From Eledone cirrhosa (Eukaryota), in assembly GCA_964016885.1 (NCBI GenBank), contig OZ024745.1, forward strand, positions 116,994,001 to 117,058,000: a stretch of DNA of 64,000 nucleotides, read 5' to 3'. Position numbers and translations under genes: made by a program. Within the stretch, counting starts at the first letter, position 1. Every line of letters starts with the position of its first letter. Under the pieces are notes generated by a model. That model saw only the letters and a list, made by a program, of their open reading frames with translations, was not told the DNA's origin and made no database searches. Positions 63,761-64,000 of this stretch are shown in pieces.

Positions 63761-64000
63761 TGGACATTGGCAAGATGTTGACTGCCGTGTATATTTTACA
63801 CAGCTCCAGTTGCTGTGCCAGGTTTTTTCCCAGTAAAATGACTATTTTGATTGACAAATGTCACATCAATAAACTAGTAACCCCATCTAGCTTTGAACTA
63901 ATGAACTGTTGGAAATGAGTTCATAACTTTGAAGTTATGAACTTTTGGAAAGGAGTTCAAACATGTTAGGATGAGTTATCTCGTCTGTGGCACTGGAATG

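Overview
AT-rich, microsatellite-dense eukaryotic (animal) DNA made mostly of decayed transposable elements. The SINE and RTE repertoire resembles octopod cephalopod repeats; this is an inference from remembered motifs, not a database search. Non-LTR retroelements: many RTE LINE fragments, three CRE-clade fragments (one with an N-terminal PHD-like finger), three R4/Dong fragments, CR1-like and RTEX-like scraps, and an ORF1-only L1/Tx1-like element. DNA transposons: hAT, Chapaev-type, mariner and DD37D (maT) transposase relics, plus hAT, piggyBac-type and mariner-type MITEs. Also present: non-autonomous Helitrons, a solo LTR, two tRNA-derived SINE families and several minisatellites. No intact autonomous element, rRNA, tRNA or CRISPR array was found. 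Main observations: (1) a chain of small minus-strand candidate exons (41.6 kb to 0.2 kb) with mostly compatible phases, a stop codon and AATAAA, suggesting the window is largely introns of an unrecognised host gene; (2) a nested insertion at 17.1-21.5 kb that can be reconstructed exactly from target-site duplications (TSDs) and contains a HAL1-like non-autonomous LINE with a structured 5' leader; (3) a minimal hammerhead-like motif behind a CRE element; (4) a 58-bp perfect palindrome. Element boundaries without a stated TSD are approximate.
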